From positions 57,722,001 to 57,786,000 of the forward strand of contig OX597828.1 of NCBI GenBank assembly GCA_951406725.2: a stretch of DNA of 64,000 nucleotides. Direction: 5' to 3'. The notes beneath the pieces are model-generated. The model was not told the DNA's origin. It saw nothing but the letters and a program-made list of their open reading frames with translations, and did no database searches. The position numbers and the translations under genes are program-made. Shown here one piece after another: positions 1 through 14,228 of this stretch. Positions within the stretch are counted from its first letter, which is position 1. The number at the start of each line of letters is the position of its first letter. This DNA is from Octopus vulgaris (Eukaryota).

Positions 1-519
<519 letters not shown>

Positions 520-839
520 ATGTCAACATTTCATCTAATTTGATTGTCAAACCTATGTAAAGCTTTGCTGTGATATACGTTTCTTCCGGATATTTTGAAA
601 TGCTAAGTTCGTGATCCGAAATATCCCAGTCAGATGAATCCAGGTTCACTACCGCTGCATGGCACCTTGGACAAGTGTCTTCTACTATAGTCCCAAGCCA
701 ACTAAAACCTTGAAATTAGATTTCATAGAAGGAAACTGAAAGAAGCTCATCATATAGGTTTATTGCTATACATTCATACATGCATTCATGAATACACACA
801 CACACATACAGATATTGTGTATGTATGTATGTATGTATA

Positions 840-1132
840 TCACGTCACGTGACCGACCAGGCTATCAGATGTTGCTACACATCGCTGGTCACAATGCGCT
901 TCGTATTGTTTTAGCCTTCAAATGACGCCACCCCGCTGGCTAAGCGAGCAGGCCAACAGAAGAAAGAGTGAGAGAGAGTTGCGGCGAAAGAGTACAGCAG
1001 GGATCGCCACCACCCCCTGCCGGAGCATCGTGGAGCTTTAGATGTTTTTGCTCAATTAACACTCACAACACCCGGAATCGAAACCGCAATCCTACGACCG
1101 CGATTCCGCTGCCCTAACCACTGGGCCTCCAC
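840..1132 (-). mobile_element. SINE family C
   Basis: Reverse complement of the copy at 1462-1778. Confidence 0.85.
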
Positions 1133-1139
1133 ATGTATG

Positions 1140-1200
<61 letters not shown>

Positions 1201-1201
<1 letters not shown>

Positions 1202-1408
1202 TTTGAAAAAAAAGGAAAGAATGACTTCACTGGTAATTGTAATCAGTTTAATCTTTCATGTTTTAATCTTTTAATAATATAAATTCTACACTTTTGTTCG
1301 TAGATCAACGAACTAAAATGTAGAATTTATATTATTAAAAAATTCAAACAAGAAATGAAACTGATTGGAACTTCCGGTGCAGTGACTCTATTTCGTTTCT
1401 CAAATATA
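1201..1408. repeat. Imperfect fold-back palindrome centred near 1303
   Basis: tttaataatataaattctacacttttgttcgt pairs with acgaactaaaatgtagaatttatattattaaa; outer arms pair more loosely. Confidence 0.8.
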
Positions 1409-1461
1409 CCTAACTGTACCAAGGATCTCACACATTTTCCAATTTATATACACATATATAT

Positions 1462-1778
1462 GTGGAGGCGCAATGGCCCAGGGGTAAGGGCAGCAGATTC
1501 GCGGTCATAGGATCGCAATCGCGGTTTCGATTCCCAGACCGGGCGTTGTGTGTATTTATTGAGCGAAAACACCTAATTCTCCACAAGGCTCCGGCAGGAG
1601 GGGGTGGCGATCCCTGCTGTACTCTTTCGCCAAAACTTTCTCTCACTCTCTCTTCTGTTGGCCTGCTCGCTTAGCCAGCGGTGGCGTCATTTGAAGGCTA
1701 AAACAATGCGAAGCGCATTGTGACCAGTGATGTGTAACATCATCTGATAGCCTGGTCGGTCACGGGGATCACGGGGAT
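1462..1778 (+). mobile_element. SINE family C (tRNA-derived)
   Basis: A-box-like tggcccagggg, B-box ggtttcgattccc, short tandem tail (cacggggat)x2; second copy at 840 and fragment at ~26350. Confidence 0.85.
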
Positions 1779-2833
1779 ATATATATATATATATCTATGT
1801 ATGTATTATCTGACTTTATGTGTATATAACTGTGTGTTCATCTTTGTGCTAGTGCCCCCACCCCACCCCAACTATCGCTTGCCAACAGATGTCAGTTGGT
1901 TTACGACCCCGTTATTGAGCGGTTCAGCAAATCAAACCAATGGAATAAGTACCGCCGAGCTTCAGTAAATATACAGGAGTCGATTAATTCGATGAAAGTC
2001 ATTTAAGGTATTGCCACAGCATGGCCGCACTTTAATTGCTGAAACAAGTAAGAAGATGAGTGATAAAAGATATCGTTATTATTGCTCTGCTACGTTGTTA
2101 TGTTACTCTCATCGTTATTCTGTGCTTGTATTTATACGTCAATGCATTCAATAAACTCACAGATTTACGACAAAGTATTGGTTTGCCTTGATAGCAAATG
2201 AAAACACATTATTTCCGCTGACCTCATAGTTTGTGAAATGATCTGTTATTAATGGCTTGGAGGAAGAAAATCAGCGCACGTCACACATAGCATGCTGCAG
2301 TTGTATTTAGCGCACATCACACACGGCATGCTGAAATTGTAATTAGCGCGTAATGATATCGATTTAATTTCAGAGCCAAGACTTGCTCTGAATGTTTTGA
2401 AGCAAAGTAAACTATTACGATAAATAAAGTATGGACCAAACGTGTACTTGTGTCTGTGTTTGGAATGCGTGTGTATATTTGCTTACTTGTTTGTATTTTT
2501 TTTTAGTAAGCCGTGTTGCTAATAGCAAATGTGATATAAAACACACGATTACACAAGGAAAAGAGTGATTCACCTCAATAGACGTCATTAATTGGTTTGA
2601 AATTGCCGAAATGCAAGAAATTAAACAACAAATAGCTTACAAACTACAGAATTTTCTCAAGAAAGCCAAGAGAAAAAGATGTTTTATGTAACATATTCTA
2701 CCAGTATACGAAGTTTAAAAGTGTTTAGTTACAAAGAAATTATTTTAAAATATCTGCCGGTCAAAGTGAAAATATCTTGTTATTTCTAACAACTTGTCAT
2801 TGTTTGGTGTAATGGAGACAAATAATGACTATA

Positions 2834-3050
2834 CAGTAATCTCTCGACTATCGCAGGTGTTACGTTCCCAAAATGCCCGCGATAGGTGAAAATCTGCGAA
2901 GTAGAAACAGTACTGTATATTTTTTTTAATATTTTTATAATTTGTATATATCTATTTTATTATAAATGCAAAACAACAACACGGAGGAATCGACGTAAGC
3001 TTAAATAATAAACCGCGATAGGTGAACCGCGATAAGGCGAAGGATTATTG
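2834..3050. mobile_element. pogo/Tigger-like MITE
   Basis: TA|cagtaatctctcgactatcgc...gcgataaggcgaaggattattg|TA: imperfect TIRs, TA duplication, internal ccgcgataggtgaa repeats. Confidence 0.8.
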
Positions 3051-3981
3051 TATAACTTTGCGCTGATGTGGCACCATAGCCAATGAGCCGGGGGTTATTG
3101 TTAGATGAAAATTATACTTTATAACAAACGGTAAAACATCACCGGATATTTTTAATAAGTAAGAAAAAATTGAATTAAATACTTATACTTTATACATCTT
3201 CTTCTTTGGTCTCTCATTTAAAATTCTGTTCCGCCAACATTCCTCTAGAAATATTTATCTCACTTGCAATAACTAGCCACCAGGTAACACCACGTGATTC
3301 AAATATATACTCATAATCTTCCGGAGCCATAATCTCTTTTCAATCATGATGTAGATGCATATGAGATTTAGCTCCTATTTCTAGCTGGTTGAAGCACGTT
3401 TCACTCCTCACAAATACTATGTTAATTCCAGTGACGGTCACTGTCATCATAAATTTGTTTTAAAAGTTTTTGCTATGAAGCAGACGCATCTATGTCCTTT
3501 AGTTTTGTATCATTACGATATTATCAAATACAATTCATGCTTCGTGTAATATAAAATTGCTCATGGAAAAAACATTCAATTTTATCGTGTAACTGTAAAT
3601 CCACTCTTCGTCAAAATTTTCACTAAAACCGCAATCGTTTCCGATAACCTAGACAAATGACGGTCATTAGCTACTTCTTTATACCTCATGGTAAACAGCA
3701 CGAGCTTATCAATACAAGAATACATTATCTAATCACATACTTGAATAATCTTTTGCAGTCATAAGCATTAGCGTTTCCAAGCATGATACAGCTGTTTTCT
3801 TTGCAAATAAAATAGCTGTTATTATGTCGTCTGATATAACTGAAAGTATCTGTCTTTTTTTATTGATCGCTGATAGCAATTGTGTAAATTGATGGTTTGT
3901 CTTTCTTCATTGAGTGTTCTCTTGCAGACATAGTTCATGCTTGTGTCTGAGTGACATATAGAGAAGAAATACATATATATA

Positions 3982-4149
3982 TATGGAGTGGCTGTGTGGT
4001 AAGTAGCTTGTTAATCAACCACATGGTTCCGGGTTCAGTCCCACTGCGTGGCATCTTGGGCAAGTGTCTTCTGCTATAGCCCCGGGCCGACCAATGCCTT
4101 GTGAGTGGATTTGGTAGACGGAAACTGAAAGAAGCCTGTCGTATATATG

Positions 4150-4182
<33 letters not shown>

Positions 4183-4400
4183 TTGTGTGTTTGTGTGTCT
4201 GTGTTTGTCCCCCTAGCATTGCTTGACAACTGATGCTGGTGTGTTTACGTCCCTGTCACCTAGCAGTTCGGCAAAAAGAGACCGATAGAATAAGTACTGG
4301 GCTTACAAAGAATAAGTCCCGGGGTCGATTTGCTCGACTAAAGGCGGTGCTCCAGCATGGCCGCAGTCAAATGACTGAAACAAGTAAAAAAAAAAAAAAA
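3982..4400 (+). mobile_element. SINE-A, near full length
   Basis: A-box tggctgtgtgg, B-box ggttcagtccc, internal (AT)n(GT)n, tail ...gactgaaacaagtaaaa plus oligo-A. Confidence 0.93.
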
Positions 4401-4999
4401 ATATGTGTGTATATTGTATAAATGGACGTATGTACGTGCGTTTATATATGAACGTGTTTACTTAGAGGTATTGATCGATTGATATATAAAAACAAAATGT
4501 ACAACCAGTGAGAGTAACTGTATAGTAACGACATAAAAATATCAATCCATCTTAGAAGCTTGAAACTTTATGCCGAGGAACAGTAAATAGTCTTTATACA
4601 TGTGTCTGTGTGTATGTGTCTGTGAGTGTGTGTCTGTGTCTGTGTGTGTGTGTGTCTGTGTCTGTGTGTATTTCGACGTGAGAAGTGTTGATAAGTGTGA
4701 ATGTATTTTATTTTAATGTTGAACCTTTCGTATTATGTAACAACATGATTAGTAACGAAACAAATTAATATAACAGAATTTATATGACGGATGAAGAGAT
4801 CAAAAACGCTTAAGTAAACTCTCGGCACTACACGTATCGCTATTCAGCTTACAGAATGAATGTTCGTGAGTTGGAGAACGAATACATAAACAGAGATATA
4901 AATAATATATCCTACATGGAGGATAGGCATAAAAAATGGCTTCGTTCATTTAAGTTATTTTATATCATTAGTATTTCGATCATATTACTATTTCATAGA

Positions 5000-5800
5000 A
5001 GCCGACGCGCAGGCAGAACCGGCAGTATGCCGGAGAAAATGCTTTCATGTCGTTTCTTCTGTATCTTTATGTTCTGAGCTCAAATTTCGCCGAGATCGAT
5101 GTTGCCGTTCATCCTCTTGGGGTCGATCAATTAAGTACCATTTGAGAACTGGGATTGGTATAATTGCATAACATCCTCCCACAAAGTTTCAGTCCTTCTA
5201 CTTATAGCGGAAAGGAATATTATTATTTCATGGAAGGAAGACGGCGAGCTGGCTGAAACATTAGCACACTGGGCGAAATGCTTAGCGGTATTTCGTATGC
5301 CGTTACGTTCTGGGTTCAAATTCCGCCGAGGTCGACTTTGCCTTTCATCTTTTCGGGGTCGATTTAATAAGTACCAGTTACGCACTGGGGTCGATATAAT
5401 CGACTTAATTCGTTTGTCTATCCTTGTTTGTCCTCTCTGTGTTTAACCTGTCGTGGATGGTAAAGAAATAGGTATTGCACCCGTCGCTACGTTCTGAGTT
5501 CAGATTTCGCCGAGGTCGACTTTGCCGTACATCCTTTCGGCGTCGATAAATTAAGTACCAGTGAAATGTTAACGTCAATATAATCGACTAGTCCCCTCCC
5601 TCAAAACCTCAGGCTGTGTGCCTATAACAGAAAAGATTATTTCATGGAAGGCGGCGAACTGGGTGAAATAGTAACGCAGCAGACGTTTCACAGCAATTCT
5701 TCTGGCTCTACGTTTTGATTCAAATAGTACGGATTACCACTTTGTTATTCATCAATTTGGATCAACAAGTACTGGGATGGATCAAAACGATTATTCTGCC
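5000..5800 (+). mobile_element. Cluster of three head-to-tail SINE-B copies; middle copy (5240-5635) is a dimer with a 16-bp TSD
   Basis: Core gtcgactttgcctttcatcctttcggggtcgat (Meta/Sauria-SINE-like); attatttcatggaagg at 5222-5237 and 5636-5651. Confidence 0.88.
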
Positions 5801-5842
5801 TCACTTAAAATGCTAAATGTGTCGATTGCCGTTTTCTTTCGT

Positions 5843-5909
<67 letters not shown>

Positions 5910-6039
5910 TTAACAACTATGTTTCGAGGAGGTAAACAAAGTATTACCAGTTGTCAGCAAGTGAGGGATAAAAACAAACAAATACTAGACTTTATTGAGA
6001 AGAAAACTTGGAATAAAACTGAACAATGACATACATATA

Positions 6040-6300
6040 TAAGAAGCTTGGTTCCAAACAAGATGGTTCCGGGGTCAATCCCACTCCATAGCACCTTGAG
6101 CAAATGTCCTCTATTACAGCCTCGGGCTGACCAAAGCCTTGTGAGTGGAATTGGTGGACGGAAACTGAAAGAAGCCTGTCGTATGTATATGTATATATGT
6201 ATGTGTATGTGTCTGTGTTTGATGCCACCATCACTGCTTGATAACCGATGGTGGTGTGTTTACGTCCCCGTAAATTAGTGGTTCAAGAAAACAGACCGAC
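6040..6300 (+). mobile_element. SINE-A, partial
   Basis: Head and first half of tail match the 3982 copy. Confidence 0.8.
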
Positions 6301-6301
6301 A

Positions 6302-6302
<1 letters not shown>

Positions 6303-6334
<32 letters not shown>

Positions 6335-6336
6335 CA

Positions 6337-6370
<34 letters not shown>

Positions 6371-6448
6371 CATACATACATACATACATACATACATACA
6401 TACATACATACATACATACATACATACATACATACATACATACATACA
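6303..6448. repeat. (CATA)n microsatellite
   Basis: Seen directly. Confidence 0.98.
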
Positions 6449-7366
6449 TGTGTGTAACTCTGGCTATTGGAAGGTTCAATTTGAATGACTGGCAATTTTA
6501 TGATGTGATATTGGAAGGAGGATCCTATTGATCTGAAATGGAATATTTTCTGAAGAATATAGCATGTCGGAATGTCAACACGGGAATATGACATTATGGC
6601 TGAGGACAAAAAGCTTTAAGGAGTATTCCTGGCTATAGAAACGATGATAGTGATAGATGCAGGGGAGGTAAGATAATTTTATGGAAAGTTGCACTTACTT
6701 GGAGTACAACACAACGTGGAGTCAGACAAAGGTAAACTGCCAGAAAGGTAAAGAAGGAGAGGGAGGGAATGATAAAATGTAGGACCAGGAGTGTACTGAG
6801 ATCGACATAGTCGACTTATGCCCCTTTCCTCAGATTTGTTGGCCTTGAAACCAACATCAGACTGGTGTCCCGTTCATTGGAGTAAGGCTGACCTCTCAGT
6901 CGTTTATATGCCATAGAAACGGCGTAACCGAGCATATGAGTCCTAGATTTTAAGTAAACCTCAAAAGAAACATGAGAGCTGATAAAACTGACGAATATGA
7001 AGGACAACTTTTCAACAAAGAATGCATGTTTTTCTATTCCTGGATGAATCTGTTTAAATTGAGATAAAATTGTAGGCGTCAGGCTAAGTGTCTAGGCGTT
7101 GGCGTGTTGTTACGTTAGGGTTAACGATACGCAGCTGTTCTTAGAGCGATGGATGAAGGCAGCCGGTCAAATAGAGAGGTGAATAAGGAAGCACTGACGC
7201 GTAAACAAAGAAGTCTATATATCTGATAAACATATGTCATATGTACATAATTACACAGACACAAACACACACGCACACACACATACACCCACACATTTGA
7301 TACCTGTGATAGATCTCGGCCAGTATACGCCCAGGCCATGTCTAACTTAATAGCACCACCTGGTGC

Positions 7367-7369
<3 letters not shown>

Positions 7370-7404
<35 letters not shown>

Positions 7405-7462
7405 GAAGAAGAAGAAGAAGAAGAAGAAGAAGAAGAAGAAGAAGAAGAAGAAGAAGAAGAAG
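7370..7462. repeat. Compound (TA)n-(GAA)n microsatellite
   Basis: Seen directly. Confidence 0.97.
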
Positions 7463-7711
7463 AATAGGGAGTATAACTTCAAACTTACAGGGAAAAATTC
7501 ATTTAGTATTAAATCAAATTTCACATTATAAATATATAGTATATATAAATTAGAGAAAAACCAGTATTGCTTATTATATATTGTTTATTCATTTTTGTAA
7601 TTTTTGTGATCTAGTTATATGTCTTAAGCTATATTTTATTTTTCATTTATTATTTGGTTTATGTCTATCATTGTTTGAATTGCATAATAGTGGGGTTTTT
7701 CTCTAATTTAT

Positions 7712-7886
<175 letters not shown>

Positions 7887-8878
7887 CTAAATGATAGTGT
7901 ACACTTACTCAGGCACAAGCATCGAGAGGTGGTGAAGAAGCTCTGCAAAAGATATCTAACAGAAATAAAAAAAAATACACTACCACAGCATGGCCGCAAT
8001 ATAATGACTGGAACAAGTAGAAGGAACCGAATGGGGAGCTTACTGTGAAAACCGCTCGATTCTCTGAAGCGGACTTTTCTAAAAGCATTCTATATGTACG
8101 TGCGTCTGCGCCTGTGTGCACGCATGTGTGTGCGCGCGTGCAGAGCGTGTGCTTGTGTGTCTATGCGTGTGGCGTCGGGAGAGAGAGATTGGTTGCATAA
8201 TTTAACCTATCAGAACATAGTCTAGAAGGCAGTGTTTCTCAGAATTTCTCTTAGTCATGGCAAGAAGAAATTTCTGTTTTCGATATGACTCTATTGTATT
8301 AATAATCATTTTCCTTAGTGGCTTTCTGATTTCTTATTTAGCATTGATTTCATCATCGCTTCTCTGGATATTGCTCTCATTCATTGTTGGTTTGGACTTG
8401 CTTCATGCTTTCATAGTTTTTCTTTGTTTGTGTGTTTATTTTCTTGTTTTTGTTTTAGAAACGTTATTGCTATTTGTGTTCTATCTCAGTCCAATCGTTA
8501 GGACATCGGACAAAAGAAACACAAATCTGTGTGGAGTAGTTTCTTTTTTTGCTTGTGTTTTCTTCTCTTTCTGCGTAGATTCCAAGCCAATATATATATA
8601 TATATATATATCCCATATGTGTTTGAGTGTCTGATGTATGTGTGTTTGTGTGCATGTGTGTGTATGCGTGTGTATGTGTGCGGGATGAATGCGTGTGTGT
8701 TCATGAGTGTGTGTGTAAATGTGTGCGTGTGTGTGTGTTTGTATATCGGTGTGTATTCAATGGAATTTATTAATATATACGCATGAATATTTACCTCCCT
8801 AAACATAGATTGATAGATAGATACGTACATACATACATAGACTGAGAGATAGATATACAAGCATATATACTTATATAT

Positions 8879-8936
<58 letters not shown>

Positions 8937-8992
8937 GCCTATATATGTATATATAGAGAGAGAGGGGGAGAGAGAAAGTGATGATATATATT

Positions 8993-9135
8993 CTTTTCTA
9001 GTCTAGCCATAAGGCCCGAAATTTTTTGGGAAAGGCGCCAGTCGATTAGATCAACTCCAGTAGGCAACTGGTATTTAATTTATCGACTCCGAAAGGATGA
9101 AAGGCAAAGTCGACCTCGGCGGGATTTGAACTCAT
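8993..9135 (-). mobile_element. SINE-B fragment
   Basis: gaaaggatgaaaggcaaagtcgacctcggcgg core. Confidence 0.8.
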
Positions 9136-9922
9136 AGATGATATATGTTAATATGAACTTCATCCGTATACAAAAGATATAACGTTGGAGACATACACAT
9201 AAAGTGTCTATGTGTGTATGTGCAGATATGTGTGCATATAAATGTAAGTATATGCATTATCTTTAAATATTACACACCCATATACATACATGCACATCCT
9301 AACACAGACACACACTCGTACGCACTAACACAAACAAACAAAATCTGACACACGCAGATACATATTTATGCACACATACATACACACAAGCATCTATATG
9401 TATACATATATATATATATGTGTGTGTATGTGTGTATAAATACATACACCCACCCACGCACACAGAATACATACACACACATATATATACACATGCACAC
9501 ATACACAACCATATGCAGATTAGTGTGAGTGCGTACTTATATGCATGCGTATCTGTATGTAGCTGCGTGAGTGTCAGAGTGCGTAGTGCGTATGTATGTG
9601 TGTTGTGTGTGTATGTTTGTTTGTTTGTGTACGTGTGTGTAAAAGTAGTTACAAATACAATACCGAACGGCATTCAAAGATCGGCACAAAATAAGTTCCT
9701 CGTGTTTAGATTAGTTCCGAAGATTTGGGGGCGATCGAGATAATTTGTCAGTAGCTATGAAAGAAAAAAATATATATATTTTTTTAATGTTATATTGATA
9801 GTAATGTAGCTTCGATCGATATTTATGATAATCTGATGAAGTAAAGAAAAAAGATTGTGTACACTTCACTAGATATTTCCGTGATGGATTCAGACAGCCG
9901 TTTGTTGGTGAGTTGTAAAAAC

Positions 9923-10473
<551 letters not shown>

Positions 10474-10610
10474 ATATATATATATCTTTTGTATATATAT
10501 CTTTTCTATATATATATATGGTATACAAAACTATGTCTGTTTATCATTTGTTATGCAAGCATACACAAACACGCAGATATATTTCATAGATACACACACA
10601 CACATATATT

Positions 10611-10662
<52 letters not shown>

Positions 10663-11698
10663 TGTGTGTATGTGCGTGTGTCTGCTTGTGCGTGTATGTT
10701 TGTGAGAGAGAGAGAAAGAAAGAAAAAGAGAGAAGATCATTTCTTCTATTTCTTTATTTCGTTTTTTTTTGGGTTAGTGTTTGTTATGACTCAATTACCT
10801 AACAATAAACCCTCCTATCATATAATCCGCATAATCATCATCATCATCATCATCACCGTAGCCGTCGTCGTCATCATAATTATCATCATAATTATCATCA
10901 TCATCATCAACATCATCGTCTTCGTTCTCCTTGTACTTGTCATTTTAACTACACAGCTTACATTCTGCAAATTTTATACTCTTGAAAGTTTGTGAGAATT
11001 AGTTTTTGCTATACTCAACTTCTATGCAACCCACGATTTTTGTCTTTGACCTGGGAGGAAGAAACAGGGTGAGGTGGGGGGGTCAAAAACGAACTGTCAA
11101 ACAGTTCTTCCTCTCCTCCTCCTTCTCCCCCTCCCACTACGTCACTACGACCTAAATATTTACATCACATCCACTGTACCACAAACAGAATTTTCAGTGC
11201 CACCACGTTTATCACATTTACCACACAACCACCAGCAATGTTATCGCGTCCTTTGTCCTCAAAACCACAAACAGTCGGCTTTCTAGAAATAGCAGCCAAA
11301 TAACTCATAAATTACTTAACTCCTTAGTTATGTTATTTTAAACGGAACTCACTAAATAAGCAGCCATGAATGTCCCCAATAAGAACGTGAGCTCCAAGAT
11401 TCCATTGCCTTTGATCTTAAATCGGTTCAATAGGAGTTCATTAAAGCTTTATTAAAAAAAAAGAAGACTACGGTAACATCAGGTATGACTGCGTGGTTTA
11501 GAAGGTAGCTTTGCAGTCACGTGGTTTCGAGGCTATCCGACTGCGCGTGTCTTGTAATATAGCCTCGTTCTAATCAATGTCTCTTAAAAAGCATTTCCTT
11601 ATTTGGTCGATTGATATTGTTTGGAAACTTGTCGTTAGCCACTACACACATTTTTTCTCTCCTTTTTTGTCTCCTTGTTTCTCTCCTTGTTTCTCTCC

Positions 11699-11737
<39 letters not shown>

Positions 11738-11741
11738 CTTT

Positions 11742-12248
11742 CAGTGCGAATGGTTTTGATATACTGTGCCGTGTTTACAATCCTATGAATAATAATAATA
11801 ATAATGGTATTTATATAAACTTAAAGCTTGTGACGAACATTGTGGAATTACTAAGGAAAATAGTCTAATATAGGAGCATATAAGCCTACGACAGAAAAAA
11901 AAAGCTTTCCTATCTGCGTGGGATCGAACCCACCTTACTTTGTTAACGCGACAACATAGTCATTGCACGGTGATCGCCATAAGCTTTAGGCTTATATAAA
12001 TACCATTATTATTGTTTAGAAGATTGTAAAATGCGGCACCATATATTAAAACTATTCGCACCAAAAACATATAGAAAGTCTGTTTACATAAAACAAATAG
12101 GAACAAATATAGTTCTTAAATTTGACAGAAGCAGTGAAGCTAATTCGGTGGTGTAAAGGTAACACACTTAGTCGCGTTGAGTTCCACGCGGATAGGAAGG
12201 TATTCTTTTTCTGTCGTGGGCTTATATATTCCTAGATTATTTCCCTTT
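11742..12248. mobile_element. Two opposite-orientation, interleaved copies of a small tRNA-like repeat
   Basis: 11742-11836 inverts with 11974-12062 and 11853-11920 with 12170-12248; B-box gggttcgatccc on the minus strand. Confidence 0.7.
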
Positions 12249-12261
12249 GTCATTGCAGGGT

Positions 12262-12902
12262 GAGAATCTGCATGTTATGGTGGAACACCATGTTTAATTA
12301 CCAGGAGTTACAGTGTGGTATGGCTTATCTTCAAGAGGATTAATTGGACCATTCATTTTTGACGCTACTCTGACTGGTCCCTTTCATTTCAACTTGACGT
12401 AACGGTCTGCATGCCAAGCATTAGAGAAGGCTTCGAAGGTGGAGAGCTTCATTTTCAGCAAGATAGTACACCCCCACACTTCATTCGAGGTGTTAGATCC
12501 GTCCTTGATTGGATTTTGTCAAACAGGTTGGTTGGACGAAAGGGTTTCGTTGAATACCCTCCACATTCACCAGATCTCACACCACTAGACTCTTTGAGGG
12601 GGATATATAAAAGACAAAGTGTACGCTATGAAACTTTTGCAACAGTCGCTGATTTGAGAGCAGCCATTGAACGAGAATGCACACAAATGCCAAAAGAATT
12701 GTTTTGATATGTTTGTGATTCCATTGCTTTGCATTGGCAGCAGTGCCTGCACCAGAACAGATGTCAGTTTGAAAACAGGCATTGATAAAACAATAAAATA
12801 ATGCCTGTAGATTCTATTAAATTTTGAAGATGAAATATATATTTAGTAAACACCGACTTTACAATTATTTAAAGTGTGTATACATTTCTTTGGGACACCC
12901 AG
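12262..12902 (+). mobile_element. Tc1/mariner transposon 3' remnant, DD41D (rosa/Visitor-like) transposase pseudogene
   Basis: [16 protein letters not shown] then FQQD...YPPHSPDLTPLD, with 41 residues counted between the 2nd and 3rd catalytic D; ends ...tttgggacacccag|TA; frameshifted. Confidence 0.88.
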
Positions 12903-13160
12903 TACTATATACATGCCGTTGTGAATGTGAATGGTGATGGTTATTCCATTCATGTTTATAAGTATTAGCTAAGAGCAAATGGTGACATTTGATCATTTCA
13001 ACAAATTACGAGGACTGCCGCAAATATTGCCAGATATTGCGAGAAGTAAAAGACATAAAATGGAATCCAATGAAGGATTGATTTAATTATGGCTGACATT
13101 GTCGTCTGTTAGAGTTTTCTTAATATACTTTCCTTTGATATCACATAATTTCTCACTCTT

Positions 13161-13235
<75 letters not shown>

Positions 13236-13996
13236 CACTCCCTCTCTCCTTGAGTCACGTTTTTTGTCGTTTTGTTTTTTTACGATTTGTAGTTCTTCTG
13301 CTTTCTACGAAATCGAAATTGCTTCAAAATTTCTCATTAGGATAATCCGCCTGTTTTATGCGTGATCATATCTTTCACTTCCTTCATCATCACAATCATC
13401 ATAATCATCATCATCATCAGCAGCAGCAGCAACAACATCTTCAGCACCATTATCGTCGTCGACGACGTCTTTGTCATGTCGTCTTTTTTCAGAATCGTCA
13501 GCATCTTCCTCATCACAGATCAATAACATTTTCGAATATGTCGTCGCCGTCGTCCTCCTAATCGTCATTCATTATCATCGATATTATCATCACATGATCT
13601 TTATTAATAACCAGCATCACCACAACTAGCATCATCATCATTATCAATATCACCATCCTGTTCAGTTTCATTTTATTTCTTTACGTGTAGACGAAGTAGA
13701 TTTTTTTCCATTGACAAATATATTAATTTTTGTCATAAATATATGTCTAGGTTTGTGTTTATTGGTTGGTAGGTGTTTGTATACATCAATGTTTACGTTA
13801 TATATGTGAACTCCGATTTCAAACATATATCATGACAAATGGTGTTATTAAACTTAGAAACACTATTATCTTACTAGATTTTTGGAACTGATATACAGTT
13901 AACCCTAAGCATATCGCTCAATGAGTACATAGCGGTTCCCCTATCACATTGCTGCTACCAGTGCCTATAATTCTGTCAAAGGAACACAGCAAATAA

Positions 13997-14228
13997 GGCG
14001 ACGAGCTGGCAGAAACGTTAGCACGCCGGGCGAAATATTTAGCGGTGTTTCGTCTGTCTTTATATTCTGAGTTCAAATTCCGCCGAGGTCGACTTTGCCT
14101 TTCATCCTTTCGGAATCGATAAATTAAGTACCAGTTACGCACTGGTATCGATGTAGTTGACTTAATCCCTTTGTCTGTCCTTGTTTGTCCCCTCTATGTT
14201 TAGCCCCTTGTGGGCAATAAAGAAATAA
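13997..14228 (+). mobile_element. SINE-B monomer with ~15-bp imperfect TSD
   Basis: Full head, core and tail; flanks aacacagcaaataa / aacacaacaaataa. Confidence 0.9.

Larger units (their letters stand above)
600..2060 (+). mobile_element. Old, diverged SINE-A split by a ~950-bp insertion in its internal microsatellite
   Basis: Head-like 640-750 (ggcaccttggacaagtgtcttctactatag) and tail-like 1830-2060 (agcatggccgcac...gaaacaagtaag). Confidence 0.7.

Noticed and set aside
8257-8634. 125-aa multi-pass membrane protein ORF
   Set aside because: Hydrophobicity is explained by T-rich sequence, it ends in a microsatellite, and no motif is recognisable.
9833-9856. ctgatga...gaaa hammerhead-like words
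   Set aside because: No stem II or stem III can form.
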